Source of the DNA: the human T2T-CHM13v2.0 reference genome, Homo sapiens
NCBI RefSeq assembly: GCF_009914755.1
Contig: NC_060938.1
Direction: 5' to 3' (one strand)
Length of the DNA: 64,000 bases
A program made the translations under genes and the position numbers. The notes below the pieces were generated by a model that was not told the DNA's origin, searched no databases, and saw only the letters and a list, made by a program, of their open reading frames with translations. Of the stretch, positions 1 to 16,983 are shown in pieces. The first letter of the stretch is position 1, and the number at the start of each line of letters is the position of its first letter.

Positions 1-2067
1 GAGCTACACTGTGTTTGCAGCACTAGGAGACTAATACTCTCCCAACTCCAGTTCATTCTTCATGAAGACTTGTGACATAAAGAGTAATAATGCCAGGCCA
101 CCCCCATGGCTTAGGCCCCAGTGGATCGCAACATAAGACCAGCCTGCCTAAGGACTACAGCAGCAAGTCTGCCCATTGACTCCACTAGAGAGCCTGCCCA
201 GAATCTCTAGATGGGCTAACTGGTAAAGGGCTTTCACTGCCAAAGCCAGCCTGAGGACTACAGCAGCAAGTCTGCCCATTGACCCCACCATAGAGCCTGC
301 CCAGAATCTCTGGATGGGCTAACTAGTAAAGGGCTTTCGCTGCCAAAGCCAATCTGTAAATACTGGAATAAGGGTCTACTTCTTCAAATGCACAGACACC
401 AACACAAAGCCACAAGGATCATGAATGATCAAGAAAACATAACACCAAAGGAGGAAAATAAAGCACCAATGACTAAGCCTAAAGAAATGGAGATCAATGA
501 ACTGTTCAAAGAATTCAAAATAATCCTCTTAAAGCAGCTTAGTGAGAAAAAAAAAAAACCCACATGTAAAAACATGAAATCAACAAAGCAGTATATAAAC
601 AAAAATCAGAAATTCAACAAAGTGATAGAACCAAAAAAAAAATCTGAAGCTAAAAAACACAATTACTTACCTGAAAAAAAAAAAAATCATTGAAAACTTC
701 AACAGCAGACTCAATCAAGCAGAAGCATCAGTGAGCTCAAAGGTCATTTGCAATTACCCAAAGGAACAAATTTTTTTTAATGAGAAGACTGAAGAAAGCC
801 TAAGAAAATTATGAGACATCATCAAGTAAAAACATATTATAGAAGTTCTAGAAGGAGTAGAGAAAGAAAAGGACAGAGAGCTTACTTGAAGAAACAATGA
901 CACATAACTTCCCAAATTTAGAGAAGGAAATGAACATTCACATTCATGAAACCCAAATAGCCACAAATAGATTAAATATAGAGATCAAATATATGTTAAA
1001 ATCAAATTCCCAAAAGTCAAAGGCAAAAAAGAAATTTGAAAGCAAGAGAAGAGCAATTCATCACATACAAGGGAACCTTCATAAAACCAAAACAGAAGAT
1101 TTCTCAGCAGAAACTGCAGGTCAGGAGAATGTAGGAGGATATTAATGTGCCAAAAGAAAACAAACTGCCAATCAAGAATATGATATTCAGCAAGGATGTT
1201 CTTCAGAAATGAAAGGGAGACGCATTTCCCAAAGAAACAAAAGCTGTGAGAGTTCATCACCATTAGACCTGCCTTATAGGAAATGCTGAGAGGAGTTTTT
1301 CAAGTTGAAATGAAAGCACACTAACAACACAGCACATGAGATTATAAAAACTTACTATAAAAGAATATAGTCAAATTCAAGATATCCTAATACTGTAATG
1401 ATGGTGCATAAATCAATTTTAACTCCAGTATAAAGTTAGTAGACAAAAGTATTAAAAATAACTCACACTACAATAGTTTGGAAATTGATACATATATGTA
1501 AATTTTGACATCAAAAATATATTTGGGGAGGAGAAGTTAAAATGTAGAGTTTTTATTTGTGATTGAAGTTGTTAGTATCAGCTTAAAACAGATTATTATA
1601 ACTATGTTTTATGTAAGCCTCATGGTAACCACAAAGCAAAAAAAAAATTAAAACAAACAAACAAAAAAAACCCTATAGCATATAATGCAAAAGATAGAAA
1701 GAAATGAATCAAAGCATACCAGTAAGAAAATATTAAATCACAAAGGCAGACAGCAAGAAAATAACGATTGAAACAAAGGAACTAAAAAACAGAAAGCAAT
1801 TAGCTAAGTGGCAGAAGGAATTACAATAATTATTTTAAATGTAAACTGATTAAATTATCCAGTCAAAAGACATGGAGTGGTTGAATAGATTTAAAAAAGA
1901 AAAGATTCAACTATATATTGCCTATAGGAGACCACTTTAGCTTAAGGCATATATAGGCTGAAAGTGAAAGGAGAGAAAAAGATCTTCCATATAAATGGTA
2001 AACAAAAGAGCAGAGGTAGCTACACTTAGACAAAATAGACTTTAAGTCAAAAATTGTGAAAAGAGAC

Positions 2068-2441
2068 TGATATGGTTAGGTTTTGTGTCCCTACCCAAAT
2101 CTCATCTTGAATTGTAATCCCCATAATCCCCACATGTTAAGGGAGAGACCAGGCGGAGGTAATTGAATTATGGGGATGGTTTCCTTCATGCTATTCTCAT
2201 GATAGTGAGTGAGTTCTCACAAGATCTGATAGTTTTATAAGTGGCTCTTCCTCGCTTTGCTCAGCACTTCTTCCTTCCACCATGTGAAGAAGGTATCTTA
2301 CTTCTTCGCCTTCCACCATGATTGTAAGTTTCCTGAGTTCTCCCCAGCCATGTTGAGCTGTGAGTCAATTAAATCTCTTTCCTTTAAAAATTACCCAGTC
2401 TGGGGTATGTCTTTATAGCAGTATGAAAATGGGCTAATGCA
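2068..2441 (+). mobile_element. THE1-family (MaLR) solo LTR inserted in the L1
   Basis: TGATATGG...CTAATGCA termini; 5-bp TSD GAGAC at 2063-2067 and 2442-2446. Confidence 0.9.
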
Positions 2442-3771
2442 GAGACAAAGAGGGTCATTAAATGATAGAAGTCAATTCAAGATGGTAAAACAATTGTAAA
2501 CATATATCCACTCAATATCAAAGCACCTAAATATATAAAGCAAATATCAACAGAAATGAGGGGAGAAAGAGCAATACAATAATAGTATAGTACTTCAACC
2601 ACCTACTTTCAACAATGCATAGATAATTAAGATAGCAAATCAACTTAAAAAAATGGACATGAACAACACTATAGACCAAACAGATCTAACAGACATATAG
2701 AGAACATTCTATCCAACAACAGCAGAATACACATTCTTTTCAAGAGCACACAGAACATTCTTTGGGGTAGATCGTGTGTTAGGCCACAGTGCAAGTCTTA
2801 ACAAATTCAAGAAGACTGAAATTACATCAAGTATCTTTTCCAACCACAATTAAAGAGGAAATCAGTAACAGGAGAAAACATGGAAAATTCACAAATATGT
2901 GGAAATTGAACAACATACTCCTGAACAACCAATGTATCAAAGAAGAAAACAAAAGGGAAATCAGAAAGTATCTTCAGATAAATTAAAATGGCAACATAAT
3001 ATGTAAGTTACAGGATGCAGAAAAAGCAGTTCTAAGAAGGAAGTTCAGAGTAATAAACACCTACATTAAAAAAAGAAAGACCTAAAATAAACAACCTAAC
3101 TTTACAACTCAAGAAAAAGAAAAAAACTAAGGTCGAAGTCCACAAAAGGAAGGAAATAAAAGGATCAGAGCAGAAATAAAGAAAACAGAGACTAGAGAAA
3201 CCACAGAAAAGATAAATGAAACTAAGTTGGCTTTTTAAAAAAATAAACAAAATTTATACAACTTTAGCTATATTAAGCAACAAAAGAGACACTTCAAATA
3301 CAATTATAAATTAAAAAGGAGGCATTACAACTGATGCCACAGAAATACAAAGAATCTTAAGACACTTCTATGAACTATACACTAACAAATTGGATAACCT
3401 AGAAAAATAATGGATAAATTCTAGAAACATATAACCTGCCAAGACTGAATCAAAGAAATAGAAAATGTGAACAGACCAATAACAAGGAAATTGAATCAGT
3501 AATTTAAAAACAAACAAAAAAGAAAAACACTCCCAGCAAAGAAAAATTCAGGATCTGACGGCTTCGCTGTTAAATTCTATCAAACACTGAAGGAAGGATT
3601 AACACCAATTCTTCTCAAACTCTTCCAAAGAATTGAAGAGGAGGAAACCCTTCCAAACACATTTTTTGGGCCAATATTACCTTGTTATCAAAGCCAGAAA
3701 ATGACACTCATACGAAAAGAAAATTATAGGATACTAGCAAACCAAATCCAATAGCACATTAAAAGATCATA

Positions 3772-4068
<297 letters not shown>

Positions 4069-4542
4069 AAAAGATTATACAGCATGATTAGGTAGGGTTT
4101 ATCCCTGGGATGCAAGGATGCATCCATGCAAGGTATGCAAATTAATAAATATGTTACATCACATTAACAGAATGAAGGATAAAAATATGATTATCTCAAT
4201 AGATGCAGAAAAAGCACTTGACAAAATTCAATATCCTTTTATGATAAAAAACTCTCAACAAGTTAGGTATAGAAGGAATGCCCCTCAAACAATAAAGGCT
4301 AGATATGACAAGTCCATAGGAAACATCATACTGGATGGTGGAAAGCTGAAAGCTTTTCCTCTAAGATCAGAAACAAGATAAAGATGACTATTCTCACCAC
4401 TTTTATTCAATATAGGACTGGAAGTCCTAGCCAGAGCAAAATTAGGAAAGAGAAAGAAAGAAAGAAAAGGCACCCAAATTGGAAAGGAAGGTGACATCTG
4501 TTAGAAGATGCCATAATCTTACACATAGAAAAACCTCACAAT

Positions 4543-4850
4543 GGCCGGGCACGGTGGCTCACACCTGTAATCCCAGCACTTTGGGAGGCTGAGGCTGGCG
4601 GATCATGAGGTCAGGAGATCGAGACCAACCTAGCTAACATGGTGAAACCCCATCTCTAGTAAAAATACGAAAAATTAGCCTGGTGTGGTGGCACACGCCT
4701 GTAGTCCCAGCTACTCGAGAGGCTAAGGCAGGAGAACCGCTTGAACCCAGAAGGCAGAGGTTGCAGTGAGCAGAGATCCGCCACTGCACTCCAGCCTAGG
4801 CAACAGATTAAGACTCCATCTAAGAAAAAAAAAAAAAAAAAAAAAAAAAA
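4543..4850 (+). mobile_element. Alu (S/Y-like) in the L1
   Basis: GGCCGGGCACGGTGGCTC start and poly(A) tail. Confidence 0.92.
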
Positions 4851-5015
4851 CCCTAACAACTTCATCAAAAAACTATTAGGACTAATAAACGAATTCAGTA
4901 AAGTTGCAGGACACAAAATCAAAACATGAAAATTAGTAGTGTTTCTATCTATTAACAATAAGCTATCTGAAAAAGAAAATTCCAATTACAATAGCTACCA
5001 AAAAAGATTAAATAC

Positions 5016-5370
5016 TGACATGGTTTGGCTCTGTGTCCCCACCCAGATCTCATCTTGAATTGTACTCCCGTAATTCCCACTTGTTGTGGGAGGGACCCAG
5101 TGGGAGATAATTTGAATCATGGGGGAAATTTTCCTCATACTGTTCTCCTGGTAGGGAATAAGTCTCAAGAGATCTGATGGTTTTATCAGGGGCTTCTGCT
5201 TTTGCATCTTCCTCATTTTCTCTTGCTGCCACCATGTAAAAAGTACCTTTCACCTCCCACCATGATTCTGAGGCCTCCCCAGCCACATGGAACTGTAAGT
5301 CCAATTAAACCTCTTTTTCTTCCCAGTCTCAGGTATGTCTTTACCAGCAGCATGAAAATGGACTAATATA
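5016..5370 (+). mobile_element. THE1-family (MaLR) solo LTR inserted in the L1
   Basis: TGACATGGTTTGGCT...GACTAATATA; 5-bp TSD AATAC at 5011-5015 and 5371-5375. Confidence 0.9.
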
Positions 5371-6109
5371 AATACTTAGGAATAAATTTAACAGAGGAAG
5401 TAAGAGATCTGTATAATGACCATAACATTGATGAAAGAAATTGAAGATGCAAGTAAATGGAAAACATCCCATGTTCATGTATTGGAAGAGTTAATATTGT
5501 TAAAATGTACACAACACCCCAAGTGAGCTACAGATTCTGTGCAATCCCTTTCAAAATTCCAATGACATTTTTCAGAAATATAAAAAAAACCACCCTACTG
5601 TTCACAGGAACCACTAAGACTCTAAGGAACCAAAGCAATCCTGAGCAAAAAAAAATCGGAAGGCATCACACTACCTGACTTCAAAATATACCACAAAGCT
5701 ATAGTAATCAAAACAGCATGGTAGTGGCATAAAAACACATGTATAGACTATTGGAGCAGAATAGACATCCTGGAAATAAAGCCATACACTTACAGTCAAC
5801 TGATCTTTGACAGAAGTGCCAAGAACATACAATGCGGAAATGACAGTCTCTTCAATAAATAGTCCTGGGGAAAACTGGATATCCACATGAAGGAGAATAA
5901 AATTAGACCTTTATCTCACACAATATACAAAAATCAACTCAAAATAGATTAAAAACTTAAATGTAAGACCTGAAACTATAAAACTACTAGAGGAAATGGG
6001 GAAAAACTTCTTGACATTGGTGTAAACAATGATTTTTTTGGACAGGACCCCAAAAGCACAAGCAACAAAAGCAAAAATAAATGGACTGCATCACATTAAA
6101 AAGCTTCTG

Positions 6110-6140
<31 letters not shown>

Positions 6141-6156
6141 TCACACACACACACAC
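6110..6156. repeat. (CA)n microsatellite
   Basis: Direct reading; flanked by a duplicated AAAAGCTTCTGCACA. Confidence 0.9.
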
Positions 6157-7245
6157 AAAAGCTTCTGCACAGCAAAGGAAACCATCCATGGAATGAAGAG
6201 ACAACCTACAGAATGGTAGAAAATATTTGCAAACCATATATCAGATAAGAGGTTAATATTCAAAATAGACAAGGAACTCAATAGCAGGGAAACAACCCAA
6301 TTAAAAATTGAGCAAGGGACCCAAATAGACATTTCTCAAAAGACATACAAATGACCAACAGGTATATGAAAAAACACTCAATATTACTAGGTAGCAGGGA
6401 CATGCAAACTAAAGCTACAATGAGGTATCACCTCACACCTGTTAGAATGGCTATTATCAAAAAGATAAGTGGAGAAAAGGGAATCCTCATACACTGTTGT
6501 CAGAAAGGTAAATTAGTATAGCCGTTAAGGAAAACAGTATGGAGGTGCCCCCCCAAAAAAACTAAACTATTATATTGTCCAGCATTCCCATTTCTGGGTA
6601 TATATCCAAAGAAAATGAAATCAATACATTGAAGAGGTATCTGTACTCCCATGTTCATTGCAGCAGTATTCACAATAGCAAAATATAGAGGCAACCCAGG
6701 TATACATCATCAGATGTACAGAAAATGAATAAAGAAAATGTGGTATATATACACAATGGAATACTATTCAGCCTCAAAAAAGAAGGATGGATGACCGTGA
6801 AGGACATTCTGCTAAGTGAAATAAGTCACGCATAGAAAGACAAATACCGCATGATCTCACGTATATGTGAAATCTAAAAAGTTGAGTTCTTGGAACCAGA
6901 GTGGAATGGTGGTTTGTCAGGGAGAGGGGGAAGAAGACGACATTGGTCAAATGGTAACACAAAACTTCAGTTAGACAAGATGAGTAACTTCTAAAAATCT
7001 ACTGTACAACATGGTTACTAGAATTAATGATAATATACTACATACTTGAAATTGCTAAGAAAGTAGATCTTAAGTATTCTCACTACAAAAAAAGATAAGT
7101 ATACAAGGTGATGGATATGTTAATTGGCTTGATTTAATCATTTCACAAACATCAAAATATTACATTGTATGCTGTAAATATATACAATTTGTATTTGTCA
7201 ATTTTATCTTAATAAAGCTAGAGGAATTTGTAAAAACATTGATGA

Positions 7246-7567
<322 letters not shown>

Positions 7568-9338
7568 GAGAAGTTTCTTTATAGTAGTTGATAATGTTGT
7601 TTCATATACCATCATCTCATTCACTGAGTTATATGGGTATATGTTGCCTAATCAACTAGATTGAGATTCCTTCAAGGGAACCTACTTCCGTATATTCATT
7701 CCGTAGTGCATATAATGGCTTGAGGCATATAGTTCTTGCTCAAAAATTCGGGTTGAGTGATTGACCAACAGAGAGACCTGGACAAGATTCCCAAGTAATT
7801 GTCTAAAGAAAGGAAACCCTTTCATTCTACATACAGTAGTAGCAGAAGTGATTGCAAGTGAAAGTAAAGTCTGTTAATTAATTTGATCATATGATCATGT
7901 GTTACTATTTGAGGGCTACTATGTGCTGGCATCTAAGACCTTTGACAAAGTTAAACTAGAGATATACAATGGCTGAGACAGACGATCGAAGCAATAGAAT
8001 GACCCTTGGGCCTGTACATGATTATGCACTGTCAGTAGGTATTTACAACCTAACAGAAAAATAGTCCATCAAAAGAGGTTAAGCCATGGGAAACAGGAAA
8101 GGGAAGGTTGCAGAGGCGAATGTGGCCAGTGCCTACTCTCAGTACCCAGACTGGGAGAGATACTCTGTATCATGTTTTAAAATAAAATAAAGTTTTCTGC
8201 ATGCACAAATAATCTCTAAGGAAAAAAAACACTAATGGAAATACACTACTTTGTCCAGTGGCTGATTAGTTTAGATGGTAATGGAACATTGCTAAACAAC
8301 AGCACTTCAGATTTGATCACCCACTTATGCAACTGCTGTTAAATGACTACTTCATAAAAGGCATTTAGTTTGTTTCCCCAAAGATACATACAAAATAAAG
8401 TAAAATAAAACATTCTCACTGACAACTACAAGGGCAGTATATGATGAGTTCCTTGAATTTCATAGCATCGTGTAGTGGGAAATTAAGTTAGATAAAGGAT
8501 AAAAACAGAAGTAGTGTTTAAACTTGTCTTGCAAAGATAAGATTTCGGTAGGTAAAAGAACAAGAGAATCAAACCCTGCTAAAGTTTTTTCTCTTATACC
8601 AGATAGTTGCTCTTCTGATACACTGTAGTGATTGGTAGATAAAGAGTAGTGAGTAAGAGCAAGGCCATCACCACTACTGGATCAAGAGTTCAAAAGACCG
8701 GTCCAGCTGAAGGCAGGCAAGGGTGTCATCATTATAAAAAGAACAGCGACCATGTGGGAATGAAGGGACTGGCTGCATAAGAGAATGTCTGGCAGCAAAT
8801 CAACTCCCTCCACTAGTGAACTACCAACCCCTGTACTAAGCAACCTTCAAAGTCCTTCCATGGCAGGTGAAGGCATTCAAGGCAGGAGGTACAGCACAGG
8901 CAGTTAAATGCAGAAGTTGTGCTCCCTTGATTTTGTAGTCTTAGAAAACTGGGCCATTCCATTACTGCTAATAACGTAGGCAGAGAAGCAAAGACAAGAA
9001 TGCTTTGCTTTTGAAGATAAATCCCTACAGGAAAGCTTCTTTGCTCTGTGTAGGTAGAAACAGAGAAAAACTTGCAAGAAAACGGTCACATCCTCTAACA
9101 CTTTTATCTCCTGGCTGCCTAGCAACTTTCATAGGTAGAGTGTGGAGAGGAAAAATTCTCGTGGAAGCCTGAGAATAAGCAGGCACCATGTCTGCAATGT
9201 CATGAAACACAATCTCTGAAGAGTTGCCCTACGAGAGAGCAGGCTGCTCCCAGTTAATAAGGCTTGGCAGAGTGTTCTTACCTCTTCATGTAGAATCTGA
9301 TTTCCCCTTGGCTCTTTTGGCTTCCTCCTAGGGATGCC

Positions 9339-9526
9339 AGGAGGAGAGGGAGGAGGAGGAGAGGGAGGAGGAGGAGAGGGAGGAGGAGGAGAGGGAGGAG
9401 GAGGAGAGGGAGGAGGAGGAGAGGGAGGAGGAGGAGAGGGAGGAGGAGGAGAGGGAGGAGGAGGAGAGGGAGGAGGAGGAGAGGGAGGAGGAGGAGAGTG
9501 AGGAGAGGGAGGAGGAGGAGGAGGAA
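9339..9526. repeat. 15-bp homopurine minisatellite (GAGGGAGGAGGAGGA) x about 12
   Basis: Direct reading; near-perfect array. Confidence 0.95.
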
Positions 9527-9865
9527 AGCTGTTGTGTTATTTGGAGCCAAAGAAATATTATGGTTTAAAAATGAGCAAGAACAAGCTTAACTGTATGTTT
9601 CCACCACCTTCTTATTGCAGTATCTCAATGTTTCAGTCCCTGTTTCTGCTGGTGCCAATCCAGTGACAGGAAGAATACCTTGCTCTTCTAGCTCCTATAA
9701 AGTGTCCCTAATCTTAAACCAAAATTTGACTCTCAGAGATTCTGAGAAAACAGTAATAAAAGACAGGAAAAAGAATAATTCAATAAAAAAATATTTCCCT
9801 CAGCAAGGATCAGAAGAATCCACTAACTACAAAGCAAAGATTGTTTTAATAAAACACCTAAATCA

Positions 9866-10163
<298 letters not shown>

Positions 10164-10574
10164 TCCAAAATACATGTATCTAGAGATTATGGAGAGTTTC
10201 TGATTTTCAGATTGAGTAGGCTAAAAAGTATAGAGTATTAGAAAATTAACATAAACAAGGATGATTTAATAGAGATCAATGTGAACACAAATAATTTTCT
10301 ATTCTTTAGAAAATAGACATTCTCAAATGTTTCTGCACCAAAATTTGTTGAGGTATTGGATTACTGAAATCCTTATAAGACTTATGGTTTTGAAATTTTT
10401 GTTATGTTCTGTTTAAAATATGTAATAAACCTGGAAAAAGTAAAAATAAACAAAAATATACTAATCACTTAGAAGTTTTACAATAAAATTCTTGATTCAG
10501 AAAAACAACCCTGCAGTTAGAGACTATTCAGAAGTAAACAATGAAAATATTAGTAAGAATAAGCATTCAATTGT

Positions 10575-10845
10575 TATCAATACTGTTTCAACTACTTTAC
10601 ATTTAATCCTCATAATAACACTATGATAACAACACTGTGTCAAACACTGTTTCAACTACTTTACATTTAATCCTCATCCTAACACTGAGGTAGTTCCTGT
10701 TGTTTCTCCATTTTTTTCAGCTGAGGAAACCAAGGCACATAAAGGTCAAATAATTTGCCCAAAGTCGTATAACTAGTAAGTAGCGGGGTCAGAATTTGAA
10801 CCCAGGCAGCCTGGTTCTAAAGCCCACATTCTTAACAACTACAAT
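10575..10845 (-). mobile_element. MIR (with a small internal tandem duplication)
   Basis: CTGAGGAAACCAAGGCACA...TTGCCCAAAGTC...TTTGAACCCAGG core. Confidence 0.7.
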
Positions 10846-11329
10846 GTATGGCTTCATATAAAAACCCACAGGAATGACTGAAGCCAAAAGGAATAAAGTT
10901 CATACTCTTAATAGCTTTTCATATTTAAAAAAATTGATCAGTGAACCCGATTTGCAACATGATGGCAGACAGTAAATAACCTATTGCCCCCCTTCTGCAC
11001 CAACTGTCTAGAGAGGAGAAAAAAAAAAAAAAAAAAAAAAACAGAAAAGAAATTACTGAAGTGGTGTTGCCCTGACCAAAGATTAGCCAATGTCTCTGTT
11101 GATGGTGCAAAGGTGAGAAGTGCAGCCCTGTGTATATACACAGATACAAGGTAAATATGGTTGGAATCATGGCTTTGACTAGCAATGCCTTGAGTATTAT
11201 AGCATCAGTACATATTGAGTCAATTATGATTTCTGTGCATATTGAGTCAAAATTGAGTTCGAAGTCATTAGATATCTAATGATTTTAATTACAGTAACTG
11301 GCTACATCTCTGTAAATGGAAACTGCTGG

Positions 11330-11545
11330 GATGCAGTGGTTAAGAGCCAGGCTATGGGTGTCAGACCTTGGCTTGACTCTACGGCTTGGCCACCTGCTAG
11401 TTTTATGACCTTAGTGGAGTTACTTAACCTCATTTCCCTCTTGCATAAAATGGGAAAAACAATAGCCACCTCCAATTCTATCATCTCCCAGGGTTGTAGT
11501 AAAGACTAATTAATTATAAAACACTTATTATGGTGCCTGGCACAG
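11330..11545 (+). mobile_element. MIR
   Basis: GTGGTTAAGAGC...TGACCTT...TTACTTAACCTC...TAAAATGGG core. Confidence 0.7.
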
Positions 11546-11984
11546 AAAAGCTTCCTTCTCTCATTTTTATGCATTCTATATACATACAACACTGGAAAGT
11601 AACAGCATTTGGCCTGCTTTATAATGAAAAATGGAAGCATACCAACCCTTCAAAATCAGAAAGCAGGCAGAAATAAATTGTCAGAGGAAACTGGAATACT
11701 TCAGATCATCTGTAAACAAAGCCCTCTTGAAAACAAAGCAAAAACAAACCTCAAATCTCTGATTAAAACATTAAAAAAAAAGAAATGCACACCTTTCTTA
11801 AAGGTAAGAGCAGCTAATAACACAAAAGTTATTAGAACAAAAGTAACTCTGGAGGTAAATGAGTATAGAAGCCACTTTTGTCTGGAAGAGGTTTATTACT
11901 CCCCCTAGATTTGAACTTGCATGTTAATGCCTTTTGGCTATAAAAGGGACATATATTAAAGCCCAGACCCACATAAGGTGACAA

Positions 11985-13952
<1,968 letters not shown>

Positions 13953-14299
13953 GCAAGTCTAATGGAAGCCTCTCCCCTCAATAACCTGAGGGCCCAAAGG
14001 TGAGAATGAACCAGGGGAATCCAGGCCTCCTGTGAGCTCTTGCATCATGTGTAATACCAGAACCGAAACCTCTGATTAAGGTGGTCCAGGACAAGATTTT
14101 CCCTCTGGTGCCTAGAAGAAGAAAACTCAAATGCTCTCCAGAAGACTGTAATTTTGTTCTGGTTATCCACTTGTTTCAAGAGATATTTCCAAGACAATAG
14201 TCAGTAACCAGTGATGAGGATACATATTAAACACAAGTCACCATGAGGGGAAAAATCATTATCAGGTATGCACGTGCACACATAGATACACACACACAC

Positions 14300-16948
14300 A
14301 CCCCAGATTTGGACTGTCTATAACAGAACTCTGATAATTAGGTTTAAAGAAATATGCAAGATATGCTTGAAAACATCTGCAGGGAGCAGGAAACTATTAC
14401 AAACCAATTTAGCAAATAAGGTAAAGAACCAAATAGGATGTCTAGAATTAAGAAATGTGATGACCAAAGTTAAGAACTCAGTAAATAATAGCAGGTCAGG
14501 CATATTCATGAATTGGGACACACACACACACACACACTCAAAAGAAGTTATCAGAATGTATTCAAAAGGCAAACAGATAGAAAATGCAAAAGATCAAGTA
14601 AGAAGGAAGAGGTTAAGATCAAAGGCACTCAACTGGGGTTCCTGAAGAAGAGGAGAGTGGAACAGAGACCACATTTGAAAAGACAATGGCTGAGAATTTT
14701 TCATAGCCAATCCAGATTCAAGGAGTTCGTGACTTTCCGCCAGAATAAGTGAAAAATATGCCCATGCCTAGATACAGCATAGTGACACTGCTGGAAACCA
14801 AAGATAAGGCAAGCATTCCTAAATGAAGTCAAAGAAAAAAACAACTAATTTTCTTCAAAAGAGTGTCAGATCAACAGCAACAAGACAGAAAATGGTGGAA
14901 TGATCTTTTCTTTCAGTAGGTTGAAGATAACTGTCAACCTAGAATTCTATTCCCAGAGAAAATATTTTTAGAACCAAGGTGAAATGAAGATATTTTCAGA
15001 CAAACATAAACAGAGTTTGTCAACTAAATAAAGGAAAACTTAACTGCTATCTCTCAGGTAGAAGTAACAATGATCCAACATGAAAATTAAGAGATGTGAG
15101 AAGGATTTGCAAGTTCATCTAAATAAAGATTGAATGCATAAAATATGTCTTGAGGGTTTGAAATATAGAAATAAAATACATGACAATAGTATATAAATTG
15201 GGAGAGGGATATGTAGAGTTAAAATGTTCCAAGATCACTGCATTTTCCAGAAGGATGGTAAAGTTATCAATGAACTTTAAACTTTGATGCATGCTGTAAT
15301 TTCTAGGATAACATCTAAAAGGAATAGAAAAAGAATGTAGAAAATCTAAACTAGTTGGGGAAAAATTGAATGATTAAATACTGAAAAATGAAAGAAGAAA
15401 GAAAATTCAGCAAAACAGGATAAGTACAAAGCACAAAATAAGATGTTAGATCTAAAAATCAACCAATGATCACACTTAATCTAACTGAAACATACAAAAA
15501 AGAGGAGGATGTCTATAAGCTGTTACAGGTAGTTTTCAGGATATATTTTAAAGTGAAAAAACAAGATGTAAAAAATTTTCTGTCATCTTTTGTGTAAGAA
15601 AGAAGAAATGGGAATATATATAAGTTTATTTTTGCAAAATAAAACAGAAAGGATAAATGAAATAAAATTTGCTACCTACGGGGGTAGAATGGAGAGAAAA
15701 TGGTATCAGAGTTCTAGAGTATACTTTTTTGTACAGTTTTGACTTTTGAACCACATTAATGTTTTATGTATTTAAAAAAATACATTGAAAACAAGAATGG
15801 GGAAACGCTAAAATCAAATGCAAACAGAAACTAAAGAACATAGCTATATATCACATTGATACATAATTACACAGAAGGAAAAATTAATCCAAATAACTTC
15901 TGAACATAGTACTCTGACAATACACCCTCAGTGAAATACAGTTGAGTCTAAGGACAAAAAGAAAACTGCAACGAAATCTTAAATTTGACGAGTGAGTTTG
16001 TTGTTGATGACGCAATTATGAAATATTTTGAATTTCTTGCAGGACTGAGCAAATGTATTCTTGAGAACCCAGGTTTTCATTGTGGGAGAAGAGAGGTAGA
16101 AATGTCAAATGTGAGGACGAAAGAAAAGAAACGCTGTAGTTTTAGAATGGAATTGAGCCATCATTAGTATGAATCAAGATTATTATTTCTTAGTTCTTGC
16201 CACAGAAAAGACCTAGAAGCAATTAAATCTCTGTACAAAGAGCACACCTACTACACCTACTATCCAGATTTCAGTTTCTGAATACCATTCTCCACTACAC
16301 AAGAGAAGTGAACTGATTACAGGGCAGAGACAGGCAAGGTAAAAAGGAAGACCTTATACCAGAGAGTAAAGAAGTGTTCAAAAACTGGTGGGTACTATCA
16401 AAAGGACACAAGATCCCTTGACACAGGAGCTTCAAAGAGCTCTCATGGCCAAGTATAGTATCATTTAAATCTTAAAATGAATTATGATCGGAATAGATTA
16501 TAACACTGGATAAACAAAATCATTCATGAACCCATGCTGATACTAGAAATTTATTTTTAAAAAGATGAGGCAAAGGAGAAAGAAGGGGAAAGCTCTTTCT
16601 TAGAGTAGGCTGCCAACTAACAAGCATAGAAGCAATGATAGCAACAGATTCCTTTACAGCCAGAAAAAAAAAAATCACCAATGGATGATAAAATATTGGG
16701 TAAGTGACTGTTGGGAAGCAGAACGTGGAGAAATCTTACAGACACCCACCAATTGACCAAACTTAATATTACTACCAGTAAGGCCAACTGTGTCACACAC
16801 ACCCCTATTATACCACACTGATAAGGACAGAACATTACCTATCTGTGTAGTACTCCTGCCAATAATATACACCTAGACCTAATCATGAAAGGGGAAAGCA
16901 TGAGACAAATCCAAATAGAAGGATATCTATAAAACTGAGATGGATTTT

Positions 16949-16983
<35 letters not shown>

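Noticed and set aside
9278-9550. 90-aa ORF of LLLLP repeats that resembles a signal or transmembrane peptide
   Set aside because: It is only the translation of the 15-bp minisatellite, with no promoter or splice support
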